A stretch of 64,000 nucleotides of DNA from an uncultured Sphingobium sp. (GCA_964532255.1 CAZHGR010000002.1:6374-70373), one strand, 5' to 3'. Numbered from the stretch's first letter, positions 27,754-37,827 are shown. Translations and numbers: made by a program. The notes: generated by a model not told the origin, from the sequence alone.

Positions 27754-28953
27754 ATGGCGACGTTCCAGTATCGCGCCGCGACGCGGGCGGGCCTTCTGGA
27801 AAGCGGCACGCTCGAAGCGGGCAGCGAGGCCGATGCGCGCGAGAAGCTGCGCGCGCGGGCGCTGTCGCCGATCCAGGTGGGCGCTGCCAGCGCGCGCGCC
27901 GCTCCGGCGAAGGCGGCGTCGCGCGCGGCGGTGGCACGCGCAATCTCCGAACTCGCGACGCTCCTCGACGCCGGGCTGCCGCTCGACCGTGCGCTGGCGG
28001 TGTGCGTCGACAATATCCCCGATGCCAGGGACAGGCGGGTATTCGCAATGCTCCACGAACGCGTCAAGCAAGGGCTGCCGCTGTCCCGCGCGATGCTCGA
28101 ATCACCGGGCAGCTTCCCCCCGATGGCGGCCGCGATGGCCGAGGCGGGCGAAGCGAACGGGGCACTGGGCCACGCGCTGACGCGGCTCGCCGACGGGCTG
28201 GAACGGGGCGAGGCGTTGCGCCGCACCGTCGCGTCGGCCTCCATCTATCCGGTCATGCTGCTCGTCATTGCAACCGGCGTCATACTGGCGATGCTGCTGT
28301 GGGTGGTCCCCCAGTTCGAGGGCCTGTTTCGCGACAATACCGCCGAATTGCCCTCGACGACGCGGGTCGTGCTGGCGGCGAGCAACGGGCTGCGCGATCA
28401 GGGACTGCTGCTGCTGGGCCTCGTCATCGGCGGCGGCGTCCTTGCCGCGCGCTGGCTGCGCCACCCAAGGAACCGGCCGGGATGGGACCGCTTTGTCCTC
28501 ACGCTCCCGCAGGTCGGCTCGATCGTCCGCTACGCCGAAACCGCGCGCTTTGCCCGCGTGCTCGGCAGCCTGATCGACGGCGGTGTACCGCTTCCGATCG
28601 GCCTTCAGATCGCGCAGCGGACCATCGGCAACCGGCATATGGCCGACGCGATTGCCCGCGTCGCAAAGGGGTTGAACGAGGGCGGCGGGCTGAGCGGCCC
28701 GTTGGCCGCGACCGGCGTGCTGCCGAAAGTCGCGATCAGTTTTCTCCGCACCGGGGAGGAGACGGCCCGGCTCGGCCCCATGCTGGACCGTCTCGCCGAC
28801 ATGCTCGACCGCGATGTCGGCGAACGGCTGGGGCGCTTCATCGGCATCCTGACCCCTGCTATCACCGTGCTGATGGGTGTCATCGTCGCGACCGTAATCG
28901 CTTCTATCATGTCCGCAATTCTGAGCTTCAACGAACTGGCCATCGCATCATGA
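27754..28953 (+). CDS. gspF: Type II secretion inner-membrane platform protein GspF
   Basis: LATLLDAGLPL, AGEANGAL, IYP..LL, VVPQF and GEETARL: duplicated T2SSF domains. Confidence 0.92.
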   Translation: MATFQYRAATRAGLLESGTLEAGSEADAREKLRARALSPIQVGAASARAAPAKAASRAAVARAISELATLLDAGLPLDRALAVCVDNIPDARDRRVFAMLHERVKQGLPLSRAMLESPGSFPPMAAAMAEAGEANGALGHALTRLADGLERGEALRRTVASASIYPVMLLVIATGVILAMLLWVVPQFEGLFRDNTAELPSTTRVVLAASNGLRDQGLLLLGLVIGGGVLAARWLRHPRNRPGWDRFVLTLPQVGSIVRYAETARFARVLGSLIDGGVPLPIGLQIAQRTIGNRHMADAIARVAKGLNEGGGLSGPLAATGVLPKVAISFLRTGEETARLGPMLDRLADMLDRDVGERLGRFIGILTPAITVLMGVIVATVIASIMSAILSFNELAIAS

Positions 28954-29387
28954 TCCGTCTTCCTGCCTCATCGGCCCGCCAGTCGGGCTTCACTCTCCTC
29001 GAACTTCTGGTCGTGCTGGCGATCATGGGCTTTCTCGCGGCCATCGTCGGCCCGCAGGTGATGAAATATGTCGGCAGCTCGCGCAGCCAGACCGCGAAGG
29101 TGCAGATCGACAACATCGTGACCGCGCTCAACCATTATCGCCTCGACGTCGGCTCCTATCCCACCGAGCAGGAAGGGCTGGAGGCGCTGGTCAGGCCCGC
29201 CGGCGAGGCCGAGCTGTGGAACGGCCCCTATCTTTCGGACCCGTCGGGCCTGATCGATCCTTGGAGCGTGCCCTATAAATACCGCATCCCCGGCCAGCGC
29301 GGCGGGGAAATCGACGTTTACACGCTCGGTGCCGACAAGGTCGAGGGCGGCAGCCAGGATGCCAGGGATGTCGGCAACTGGAAGTGA
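28950..29387 (+). CDS. gspG: Major pseudopilin GspG
   Basis: QSG/FTLLELLVVLAI prepilin site; YRLDVGSYPT.QEGLEALV; WNGPYL; DPW..PY.Y..PG; GADKVEGG. Confidence 0.94.
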   Translation: MIRLPASSARQSGFTLLELLVVLAIMGFLAAIVGPQVMKYVGSSRSQTAKVQIDNIVTALNHYRLDVGSYPTEQEGLEALVRPAGEAELWNGPYLSDPSGLIDPWSVPYKYRIPGQRGGEIDVYTLGADKVEGGSQDARDVGNWK

Positions 29388-29796
29388 GGCGGGTGTTACG
29401 CTCATCGAGATGCTGGTCGTGCTGGCGATCCTGGCGCTGATCGGCTCTGTGGCCTTTTCCGGCACCCCCCGCATCGTCGAGCGCATGGCGTTTCACCAGT
29501 CGCTCTCGGGTCTGGGCGCGCAGGCGCGAATGGCGCGCGCACGCGCCGTGCGGCTCAACGAGCCGACCGCGATCGTCCCTGCCCGTGACAGCGCCTCCTA
29601 TCGTGTGGGTGCCGACGATGTCGCCCTGCCGCGCGGACTGGCGGTGTCCGGCGGCCCGATCCGCTATTTCGCCGACGGGACGGCCAATGGCGCACGGGTT
29701 CAGATTACCGGTGCCGGCCTTCGCGGCGTGCTGACCGTCGACCCGGTGACGGGCCTCGCCCGGACAGCCATCGCCCAGACGGCCGACGCGCGATGA
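29368..29796 (+). CDS. gspH: Minor pseudopilin GspH
   Basis: EAG/VTLIEMLVVLAIL; ARARAV; IRYFADG; position after gspG. Confidence 0.8.
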   Translation: MSATGSEAGVTLIEMLVVLAILALIGSVAFSGTPRIVERMAFHQSLSGLGAQARMARARAVRLNEPTAIVPARDSASYRVGADDVALPRGLAVSGGPIRYFADGTANGARVQITGAGLRGVLTVDPVTGLARTAIAQTADAR

Positions 29797-30170
29797 CCCC
29801 GAACGACGCCGAACGCGGCTCGATCCTGATCGAGGTGCTGGTGGCCCTCGCCGTCGTCGCGATCATCCTCGGCGCGGTGTATCAGGCAGTGGGGCAAAGC
29901 GCGCTTCAGTCGCGCGCCGCCGAGGCCAAGCGGCGCGCGCTGATGGTGGCGGAATCGCAGATCGCCGCCGTCGGCTCGGTCATCCCGGCGGAGCCGGGGC
30001 GGACGCGGGGCCTGTCGTCCGACCTCGCCTGGCAGGTGGACATCGCCCCCCTGCCCGCCGCGACGAGCAGCGCCGGCCGCCTGCTGAATGTCACGGTCCG
30101 TGTCGCTCCGCCGCAGTCGGACCGGGCGACGATCATCCTGCGTAGCGTGATCCTGGGGCCGACGGCATGA
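29793..30170 (+). CDS. gspI: Minor pseudopilin GspI
   Basis: ERG/SILIEVLVALAVVA; size and position. Confidence 0.78.
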   Translation: MTPNDAERGSILIEVLVALAVVAIILGAVYQAVGQSALQSRAAEAKRRALMVAESQIAAVGSVIPAEPGRTRGLSSDLAWQVDIAPLPAATSSAGRLLNVTVRVAPPQSDRATIILRSVILGPTA

Positions 30171-30817
30171 CGCATCGCACGCCGCGCAACGGCTTCACCC
30201 TGGTCGAGGCACTCGTCAGCCTGCTGGTGCTCGGGCTGTTCAGCATGCTGGTGATGGAAGGTGTCGGCTCCGGTCGCGCGATCGCACAGGCGATCGAGGG
30301 ACGCGCGCGCGCCGGGGAGACGCTGCAGGCGGCGCAGTCGCTGCTCCGCTCGCGCCTCTCGCAAATGGCCCCCGTCGTCGTCTTCGGCGGCAGCCGGCCC
30401 GAGGTCGAGTTCACCGGCGAAGCGACGCAGATTGATTTCATCGCGCCGCCCGCCGATGCCGACAGGCCCGCCGCGCTCGTCAGCCAGCGGCTGTGGCTGA
30501 CCGGGTCGGGCGACCTCGTCCTCGGCCGCAAGGATGCCTTCGCGGACGACATTGACGAACCATATCGCCGCGACGTGATCCTGCGCGATGTCACGCGGCT
30601 GGAGATCGATTATTATGGCCGCAACTTTCGGGGCGATATCGGCTGGCACGACCGCTGGGCGGCACGCAGCGAGTTGCCGCGCCTGATCCGCGTCCGGCTG
30701 CAGCGGCGCGACGAGCCGGCGGGCAACTGGCCCGACCTGATCGTCCGGCCCATGACGACGATCGACCGCCAGTGCCTCATCGACGCGCGCACCGGCGGCT
30801 GCAGGGGGCGCACATGA
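30167..30817 (+). CDS. gspJ: Minor pseudopilin GspJ
   Basis: RNG/FTLVEALVSL; W..RW....ELPRLIRVRL......WP C-terminal motif. Confidence 0.8.
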   Translation: MTHRTPRNGFTLVEALVSLLVLGLFSMLVMEGVGSGRAIAQAIEGRARAGETLQAAQSLLRSRLSQMAPVVVFGGSRPEVEFTGEATQIDFIAPPADADRPAALVSQRLWLTGSGDLVLGRKDAFADDIDEPYRRDVILRDVTRLEIDYYGRNFRGDIGWHDRWAARSELPRLIRVRLQRRDEPAGNWPDLIVRPMTTIDRQCLIDARTGGCRGRT

Positions 30818-31839
30818 ACCCGTCCGAGCTCCTCAACGCCGACATCGGAACGATCGGACGCATGGCGGCCGAAGGCGTGCGCTGGTGGGTCGCGGAGCTT
30901 CGCGACATGCTCCCGCGCGCTCTGGCCGACGCGCTCGTGGCAAAGCCATCGCTCGTGCTGGCGCGTGAGGACGGCGGCGAGTGGGTCCTGCGCCGCCGGG
31001 GCAAGCCCGTCGCCGCGCCCTTCACCGGCTGGCGGGTGCGCGACGCGCTCGTCCTGTTGCCCGCCGACCGGCTGCTGGTGCGCGACGTGCCGCTTCCGCG
31101 GCTCGGACGTGAGGACACGCGGCGGCTGGTGGCGAGCGACCTCGACCGGCTGACGCCATTCAAGGCCGACACCGTCACCTTCGATGTCGAACGGACCGAC
31201 GGCGAGGACGGCCCGCGCCAGACCGCCCGGCTCGCCGTCATTCCCCGCGCGCTGGCGGCCGAGGCCTGGGCGGCGGCGGAGGCATGGGGGTGTACCCCCG
31301 CCCGCATGGCGGTCGAACTGCACGGCCGGACCCGGTTCGACTTCGCGCCCGCGATGATCGAGACCGGGGCCGTGCGGCGCCCGCGCTCGCTGACGCCGCT
31401 GCTCTGGTCGCTGGTGGCCTGCCTGATCCTCGCCAATGTCGGGATGCTGATCTACCGCGACCATGCCGTCAACCAGCGGCTGGAGGACCGGATCGCCGAA
31501 GAGGAGGCCCGCGCCGCGCAGGTGAACCGCCAGCGCGCGCTGGTCGTCCGCGAGAACAAACGCCGCCAGTCGCTGGCCGAACTGCGCCGCAACAGCGACC
31601 CCGTTCGGCTGCTTAACGCGATCAGCGACAAGCTGCCTGCGGGGGCCTGGGTCCAGCAACTCACGCTCAACGACGAAGGTATCGAGATGAAGGGCTTTCG
31701 CCGCGCCGATGTCGATGTGCTGGCCGCTCTGCGTTCGACGCCGGGTCTGACCGGATGGCGAAACAGCGATGCGGAGTTCGCCGAACAGAATGAAGGCCCC
31801 CTGCCCTTCGCGGTCCAGGCCGACCGGGTGAAGCCATGA
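30814..31839 (+). CDS. gspL: GspL/PilN-like assembly platform protein
   Basis: WWVAELRDMLP, LDRLTPF, one TM helix, then a PilN-like domain (LNAISDKLPAGAWVQQL). Confidence 0.72.
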   Translation: MNPSELLNADIGTIGRMAAEGVRWWVAELRDMLPRALADALVAKPSLVLAREDGGEWVLRRRGKPVAAPFTGWRVRDALVLLPADRLLVRDVPLPRLGREDTRRLVASDLDRLTPFKADTVTFDVERTDGEDGPRQTARLAVIPRALAAEAWAAAEAWGCTPARMAVELHGRTRFDFAPAMIETGAVRRPRSLTPLLWSLVACLILANVGMLIYRDHAVNQRLEDRIAEEEARAAQVNRQRALVVRENKRRQSLAELRRNSDPVRLLNAISDKLPAGAWVQQLTLNDEGIEMKGFRRADVDVLAALRSTPGLTGWRNSDAEFAEQNEGPLPFAVQADRVKP

Positions 31840-32399
31840 CTGCGCTCAGCCGCAGGGAGCGGCGTCTGGTCGCGCTGGGCATACTGCTGGCCGTCCTCGC
31901 CGCGCTCTATTACATTCTGGTCGCGCCGGTGGCTGCCGGTTTCGAGCGGCGCGCCGCCGAACGCCGCCAGTTGATCGACGATTATGCGCGGCAGCAGCGC
32001 CTGCTCGCATCCGCACCGTATTGGAACAGGGAGCGTCGTCGGCAAAGCGCGGACGCGGGAGTCTATGTGCTGAAGGCTGCGAGTCACGAAACTGCCTCAC
32101 AATTGTCAAAAGATCGTCTCACAACCATGTTTAGGGGCGGAACGATCAGAAGCATTCGGGATGTTCCCGCACCCAAGGGATGGATACGCCTGCAGGTCGA
32201 CGCGAAGCTGCCGCTGGCTGACCTGTCGGGCGCGCTGCGCACGATCCTCACCGCCAGGCCCGGCATGGTCGTCCTCGGTCTCTCCGTAAACGCTCAGGAA
32301 GCCTTCTCTACCGGTCAGCTCTCACCTCTGGATGCGCGCGTTGAAGTATCAGTCCCGATTGACATTACCGCCGCCGGAAATGCGGCGGGTCCGCGTTGA
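31836..32399 (+). CDS. gspM: GspM-like protein
   Basis: LSRRERRLVALG..TM..P followed by a coiled coil; position after gspL. Confidence 0.75.
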   Translation: MTALSRRERRLVALGILLAVLAALYYILVAPVAAGFERRAAERRQLIDDYARQQRLLASAPYWNRERRRQSADAGVYVLKAASHETASQLSKDRLTTMFRGGTIRSIRDVPAPKGWIRLQVDAKLPLADLSGALRTILTARPGMVVLGLSVNAQEAFSTGQLSPLDARVEVSVPIDITAAGNAAGPR

Positions 32400-32841
32400 A
32401 CCCGCTCCGGCCGTCTGCGCCGTGCTGCTATGCGCGGGCCTCGGCGCGCAATGGTTCGCACAGGACGAGGTCGTGCTGCCCGCCGTCGTCGCGCCGCCAC
32501 GGCAAGCCATGACCTCGGCAAACCTGCAACCTCCTGCGGCACCGGGCGGCCTGTTGCGCCATCCGCTGTTCGCGCCCGGCCGCTCGGCGGCCGCGCCCGC
32601 CGCTGCCGAGGGACGAGCGGCGGCGAACGGAGAGGTTACACTTGTGGGAACCGCCATTGCACGCGGCACAGCCGACGCCCTCCTCAAGTCCGGCGCATCG
32701 GTCGAAAGCGTTCGCGTCGGCCGGACGGCCTTCGGTTGGCGGGTGGTCGCGGTGCGGCCCGGCCGCGCGGCGCTGGCGCGCGACGGGGTCACCCGCAGCC
32801 TGACGGTGGGCCAGTCGACCGCGCCGGAGGGCACGCGATGA
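32380..32841 (+). CDS. Small GspC/PilP-like protein
   Basis: N-terminal hydrophobic segment, PLFAPGR, TLVGT..ALL..VRVG..GWRV beta domain; immediately upstream of the secretin. Confidence 0.5.
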   Translation: MRRVRVEPAPAVCAVLLCAGLGAQWFAQDEVVLPAVVAPPRQAMTSANLQPPAAPGGLLRHPLFAPGRSAAAPAAAEGRAAANGEVTLVGTAIARGTADALLKSGASVESVRVGRTAFGWRVVAVRPGRAALARDGVTRSLTVGQSTAPEGTR

Positions 32842-34910
32842 AAAAGCTCGTTGCCATCACATTGCTGCCGGGTCTGGTACTTGCAGGCTGTACCAGCGAG
32901 CGCCCGATGGCTGCGCCTCCGCCGTCCCCATCACCGGCTGCCGAGCCTGCCGCAGCGATCCCGCCGGCGGTCGTCGCGGAGGATGACCGGACGGTCCGCG
33001 CGACGATCCTCTCGGGTCAGGAACCTCAGCCACTGGCCACCGAACGGCGCGCGACACCGCCCGCCTCCCGCCCTGGCGATGTCAGCCTCAACTTTGTCGG
33101 TGCCGACGTGCATGCCGTGGCCAAGGCGGTGCTCGGCGACATTCTGATGCTGCAATATGTCGTCTCGCCCGATGCCCGTGGAACCGTCACGCTGGCGACC
33201 GAGCGGCCCGTGGCCCGCGCCGATGTGCTGCCGCTGCTTGAGGAAGCGCTCCGCGCCTCCAACCTGGCGATCGTACCGCAAGGCAAGATCTACGCCATCA
33301 TCCCCGTCAGCGCCGCCGTGGCCCAGGCTGGGCCGGGCAGCGCCGGGACAAGCGGCTTCGCGACCGAGACGATCAGCCTGCGCTTCATCAGCGCGGCCCA
33401 GTTCAAGCGCCTCGTCGACCCCGTTCTGCCCAATGTCGTGATCCAGACCGCCGACAGCGGCAACAGCATCGTCGTCGCGGGTACCAGCGGGCAACGCGCG
33501 TCGGTGCGCGACTTCGTCACCAAGTTCGACGTCAACTGGCTGCGCGGCATGTCGTTCGCGCTGTTCGTCCCCCAGCGGACCGCCAGCGCGATCATCGTGC
33601 CCGAACTGGACCGCGTGCTGAACGCGGACAACTCGCCGACCAAGGGTCTGGTACGCCTGATCGCGATGGAGCGGATCAACGGCATCCTCGCCGTGTCGCA
33701 GCAACAGCAATATATCGAGGACGTGCGCCGCTGGATCGAGATTCTCGACCGCGAGGGCGAGAACAACCAGACCCGGCTGTTCGTCTATCCGGTCCAGAAT
33801 GGCCGCGCAGTGGATCTGGCCGCCGTTCTCGTCAACGCCTTCGGCAAGGGCGCGGACCGCGACGGCGAGGAAGCGGGCGAAGCGAGGGACGACACCGCCA
33901 CGCCTCCAGCACCCCCCGCGCGCCGCAATGGTGCCCCGCCCTCAACCAACGGCGCGACCACCGATGCGCCCAGAGGCAAGGCGACGTCGGTCCGGCTCGC
34001 CTCGGGCGGCCTCGACGCCACGATCACGGCTGACGAGACGAACAACGCCATCGTCGTCTTCACCACCCCGTCGGATTATGCGGTGATCGAGGATGCGCTG
34101 CGCAAGCTCGACATCCTGCCCAATCAGGTGCTGATCGAAGCCGCCATCGCCGAGGTCACGCTGAACGATACGGTGCGATATGGCGTGCAGTGGCTGTTCG
34201 AGGATCTCGGCCGGGTCACCGCCTCGCTGACTCAGGGCGTAACGTCGGTGCCGACGCAGCGCTTCCCCGGCCTCTCGGTGCTCTACGCCAAGCCTGGCTC
34301 GATCACCGCCACGCTGAACGCGCTGGAAAACCTCACCAAAATCAAGGTCGTTTCCGCGCCGAAGCTGATGGTCCTCAACAACCAGACCGCCTCGCTTCAG
34401 GTCGGCGACCAGGTGCCCGTCGCGACCGGGTCGGCGGTGAGCGTCCAGAATCCCGACGCGCCGATCGTCAACGCGATCGAGTACAAGGACACGGGCATCA
34501 TCCTCAAGATCACGCCGCGCGTGAACAACAGCGGCCTCGTGCTGCTCGACGTGGCGCAGGAGGTGAGCGACGTGACCGAGACGACCACGTCGCAGATCGA
34601 CTCCCCCACCATCTCGACGCGGCGGGTGGCGACATCGGTCGCGGTTCAGGACGGCCAGGTCATCGCGCTCGGCGGGCTGATCCGCCGCCAGCAGACGAGC
34701 GGGCATGACGGGCTGCCGATCCTTGGACGAATCCCCATCCTCGGCGGCCTGTTCAGCGACAAGACCGAGCGCGACAACCGCACCGAGCTCCTCATCCTGC
34801 TGCGTCCGCGCGTCGTGTCCAGCAAGGCGGACGGCGATGCGGTGACCGACGAACTGCGCGCCAAGCTGCAGTCGCTCAGCAAGCTGCTCGAGCGTGGCGA
34901 CGTCCCCTAA
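32838..34910 (+). CDS. gspD: Secretin GspD, lipoprotein type
   Basis: Lipobox LVLAG/C; N0 domain VSLNFVGAD; QVLIEAAIAEV; LQVGDQVPV; TGIILKITPRV; GLPILGRIPILGGLF; RTELLILLRPRVV. Confidence 0.93.
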   Translation: MKKLVAITLLPGLVLAGCTSERPMAAPPPSPSPAAEPAAAIPPAVVAEDDRTVRATILSGQEPQPLATERRATPPASRPGDVSLNFVGADVHAVAKAVLGDILMLQYVVSPDARGTVTLATERPVARADVLPLLEEALRASNLAIVPQGKIYAIIPVSAAVAQAGPGSAGTSGFATETISLRFISAAQFKRLVDPVLPNVVIQTADSGNSIVVAGTSGQRASVRDFVTKFDVNWLRGMSFALFVPQRTASAIIVPELDRVLNADNSPTKGLVRLIAMERINGILAVSQQQQYIEDVRRWIEILDREGENNQTRLFVYPVQNGRAVDLAAVLVNAFGKGADRDGEEAGEARDDTATPPAPPARRNGAPPSTNGATTDAPRGKATSVRLASGGLDATITADETNNAIVVFTTPSDYAVIEDALRKLDILPNQVLIEAAIAEVTLNDTVRYGVQWLFEDLGRVTASLTQGVTSVPTQRFPGLSVLYAKPGSITATLNALENLTKIKVVSAPKLMVLNNQTASLQVGDQVPVATGSAVSVQNPDAPIVNAIEYKDTGIILKITPRVNNSGLVLLDVAQEVSDVTETTTSQIDSPTISTRRVATSVAVQDGQVIALGGLIRRQQTSGHDGLPILGRIPILGGLFSDKTERDNRTELLILLRPRVVSSKADGDAVTDELRAKLQSLSKLLERGDVP

Positions 34911-35781
34911 CGCACCCGGAGCCGGCGGTCGCCGCACCCTTCCCCAAGGCGAAAGCGGCTACGCGACCTTTGTCGCGCTCGTGTCGATGCTGTTCTTCGC
35001 TTTTGTGGCGCTGGAAGCGACGATCGCCGTGCGCAGCGAACTGGTCGACGTCGCGGCGACGGTCAGCCGTGCGCGCCTGTCGCAGGCGGCAGACGCGGGC
35101 GTTGCGATGGCGACGCACGGGATCGGCATCTCCGATCGCACCGAGCGCTGGGCGTTCGACGGACGCCCCTATCGCCGCCAGTTCGGCGATGTTGATCTTC
35201 TGATCACGCTGGAGGACGGCTTCGGCAAGGTTCCGCTCAACTTCATCGAGGAGCAAGGGCTCGAAAGGATGTTCGAGCAGGCGGGCGCGCGCGGGGAGCA
35301 GATACTGATCCTGCGCGATTCCTTCCTCGACTGGCGCGATTCGGATGATGATGAGGAACCGTTCGGCGCCGAGGCACCCTATTATCGCGAGCGGGGTATC
35401 GCGATTGCGAACGGCAGCTTCGGCACGGTCGAGGAACTGTCGCAGATTCGCGGCATGACTCCGGCGATCTACGAACGCATCGCCCCGCATGTCACCATTT
35501 TCGGCGGCAAATACAGCTTCTCCAGCACCACCGCTTCTCCTTTCGCCATCGGCGTCATGATGCCGGGCGGTGCCAACTCCCCCGCCTATATCGAACGGGT
35601 GCGCGAACTGGCCGGGCAGCGCGAGGCGATCCGCATTGCCGAGAATGTCCGGATGGAGGGACGGCCGATCACGATCCGCGTGACCGCGCGCGGACCCGAC
35701 GGCGGCATTTTCAGGCGAACCGCCGTCGTCGAACTGACGGGCAGCGCAGGTCCGGGCTACGTCATCCGCGACGCGGGTTGA
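34894..35781 (+). CDS. gspK: Minor pseudopilin GspK
   Basis: ESG/YATFVALV; GKVPLN; DWRDSDD; GAEAPYY; FGTVEELSQIRGM. Confidence 0.82.
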   Translation: MATSPNAPGAGGRRTLPQGESGYATFVALVSMLFFAFVALEATIAVRSELVDVAATVSRARLSQAADAGVAMATHGIGISDRTERWAFDGRPYRRQFGDVDLLITLEDGFGKVPLNFIEEQGLERMFEQAGARGEQILILRDSFLDWRDSDDDEEPFGAEAPYYRERGIAIANGSFGTVEELSQIRGMTPAIYERIAPHVTIFGGKYSFSSTTASPFAIGVMMPGGANSPAYIERVRELAGQREAIRIAENVRMEGRPITIRVTARGPDGGIFRRTAVVELTGSAGPGYVIRDAG

Positions 35782-35792
35782 CGCGGCTCCGA

Positions 35793-36236
35793 TCAGGCGT
35801 CGACCAGCATCCGGGCGATGCTGCCGGTGGTGTGGCCGGTCATGTCCTTGCCGATCTCGGCGACGACGCAGTCCGTCACCGTCTTGTGAAGACGCGGGCG
35901 CATCGTTTCCAGCGTATTGGGCGCGGCGACGATCACCACCGGGTCGAGGGCGTTGCGCAGCGCTCGCTCGTTCAGCCAATCCGCCATGCGGACCGCGAAA
36001 TCATCTTCGGTCTGCTGGTGATAGTCGGTCTCGCCCACCGATGACTGCCCCGGATTCTGCTGCTGCGGCATCCGTCCGCGCAGGTCGCTCTTCTGATCGC
36101 GGTCGGCGGGATTGGGCTGTTCCTCGCCATATTCGACGCTGAGGTCGATGTCCGTCGCCAGCCCCGTGTTACGGAACACCAGCATCTTTCGCCCGTCGGC
36201 GACCAGGACCAGGGTGTTGGTAGGAACGAGCATCAT
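35793..36236 (-). CDS. Host attachment / baeRF12 family protein
   Basis: LVLVADGRKMLVFRNTG; D..GR; EDDFA; IVAAPNTL..MR..L; AEIGKDMT. Confidence 0.8.
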   Translation of the reverse strand: MMLVPTNTLVLVADGRKMLVFRNTGLATDIDLSVEYGEEQPNPADRDQKSDLRGRMPQQQNPGQSSVGETDYHQQTEDDFAVRMADWLNERALRNALDPVVIVAAPNTLETMRPRLHKTVTDCVVAEIGKDMTGHTTGSIARMLVDA

Positions 36237-36266
36237 CCACCTCCGAGCTTGCTATCCTGCCGGTTC

Positions 36267-36291
36267 AATGGACGACCGCCCCCGGTGTTCC
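36267..36291 (-). promoter_or_regulatory. Putative sigma-EcfG (general stress response) promoter
   Basis: Minus strand GGAAC-N16-CATT about 30 nt upstream of the baeRF12 start; consensus GGAAC-N16-CGTT. Confidence 0.55.
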
Positions 36292-36500
36292 GTGCGAAGC
36301 CGGGGGCACTGCCAAGCGACCGCAGCAGGCGATGCAGACAGCATCGAAGCGCGGGTGTTCGGCGCAACGGTCAAGGAAGGCGAAAGCGCGGCTCGTGAGG
36401 AATCGCCATCACCGGGCTCGACCGGTTCATGGTGACCGCGCGCGACGACACCGAACCGGTGCTCGACGACGCCGCCTGGCGCACCGGCGGGTCGATGTCG

Positions 36501-36574
36501 TGGATGCCCCGCGAGGATTCGAACCTCGATTGACGGAGTCAGAGTCCGTAGTCTTACCTTTAGACGACGGGGCA
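36501..36574 (-). tRNA. tRNA-Gln(CTG)
   Basis: TGCCCCGTCGTCTAAAGGTAAGACTACGGACTCTGACTCCGTCAATCGAGGTTCGAATCCTCGCGGGGCATCCA: cloverleaf, anticodon CTG, encoded CCA. Confidence 0.96.
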
Positions 36575-36744
36575 GTGAGCGCTGGCCCTTAGCCGCTGGA
36601 CGTGCGGCGGGTCAAGGCGCTTGTGGGACCAACGCAGGTGCCAACCGTTAGTGCGCTTGCCAAATGCCATGGCACCGCATAGCCTTGCCCCCAAGTTCCG
36701 GCATCGCCCCGTGCGATGTGCGGCCTGACGAGAAGCATGTGGCC

Positions 36745-37827
36745 ATGGTTGACGATTTGTCCTGGGCGTCGCCGGCGCCTGGCGATGCAGTTCCGCCGAC
36801 GGACTTTGCGCCTTCGGCGTCCGTCGACCCCCTGAGCGGGGCTACCGCCCGCCCGCCCGAGCGCGGCAACTATGCCGCGATCGATCTCGGTACCAACAAC
36901 TGTCGCCTGCTGATCGCCCGCCCCGGTGATGACGGGTTCGAAGTGGTCGACGCCTTCTCGCGCATCGTTCGGCTGGGTGAAGGCATGGCCGCCACGGGTC
37001 GTATCAGCGACGCAGCGATGGACCGGGCGCTCGCGGCGCTATCGGTCTGTGCAGGCAAGCTGCGCCGTCGCCGGGTTCGGCTGGCGCGGTCGGTGGCGAC
37101 CGAGGCGTGCCGCCGTGCGGCCAACGGTGCGGAATTCGCGGATCGCGTCTATCGCGAAACCGGCATCAAGCTCGACATTATCTCCGCGCGCGAGGAGGCG
37201 CGGCTGGCGGTCCTGGGGAGCTATTCGCTGCTCGAAGCCGGAGATGCGCCGGCCATCATTTTCGACATCGGCGGTGGCTCGACCGAACTGGTGCTGCTGG
37301 AAACCGGTGCATCGACTCCGCGCATCCTCGACTGGTTCAGCGTGCCATGGGGCGTGGTGTCGCTTTCGGAAGCCATGGGCCGGGCGTCGGAAGCGACCCC
37401 GTCGGCGCAGATCGCGGCCTATGAACGGATGTGCGACACGATCCGTGCGGCGCTGGCGGGCTTTGCGTTGAGACTGCCACCGTCGCGGCAGATGCGGCTC
37501 CTCGGCACCTCGGGAACGGTGACGACGCTCGCCAGCGTCCACCTCAACCTGCCGCGCTACGACCGCGCGACCGTCGACGGCCTTCTCGTCCCGACGCGCA
37601 TCATTCGCGACATTTGCCAGCGGCTCGCGGGAATGACCATCGCTGAGCGCGCCCAGGTCGCGTGCATTGGGCAGGAACGCGCCGACCTGGTGGTGGCCGG
37701 CTGCGCGATCCTCGAATCCATCATGGACATCTGGCCAGCCGAGCGCCTCGGCATCGCGGACCGGGGAATCAGAGAGGGCATATTGCGCAGCCTTATGCAC
37801 GACACGCCCCGGTCGGCGCACCGATGA
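36745..37827 (+). CDS. ppx: Ppx/GppA phosphatase family protein
   Basis: [44 protein letters not shown]. Confidence 0.88.
   Translation: MVDDLSWASPAPGDAVPPTDFAPSASVDPLSGATARPPERGNYAAIDLGTNNCRLLIARPGDDGFEVVDAFSRIVRLGEGMAATGRISDAAMDRALAALSVCAGKLRRRRVRLARSVATEACRRAANGAEFADRVYRETGIKLDIISAREEARLAVLGSYSLLEAGDAPAIIFDIGGGSTELVLLETGASTPRILDWFSVPWGVVSLSEAMGRASEATPSAQIAAYERMCDTIRAALAGFALRLPPSRQMRLLGTSGTVTTLASVHLNLPRYDRATVDGLLVPTRIIRDICQRLAGMTIAERAQVACIGQERADLVVAGCAILESIMDIWPAERLGIADRGIREGILRSLMHDTPRSAHR

Noticed and set aside
32061-32360. Lower-GC stretch within gspM
   Set aside because: About 50% GC over 100 bp by hand count with an intact frame; too mild to support a recombination claim.
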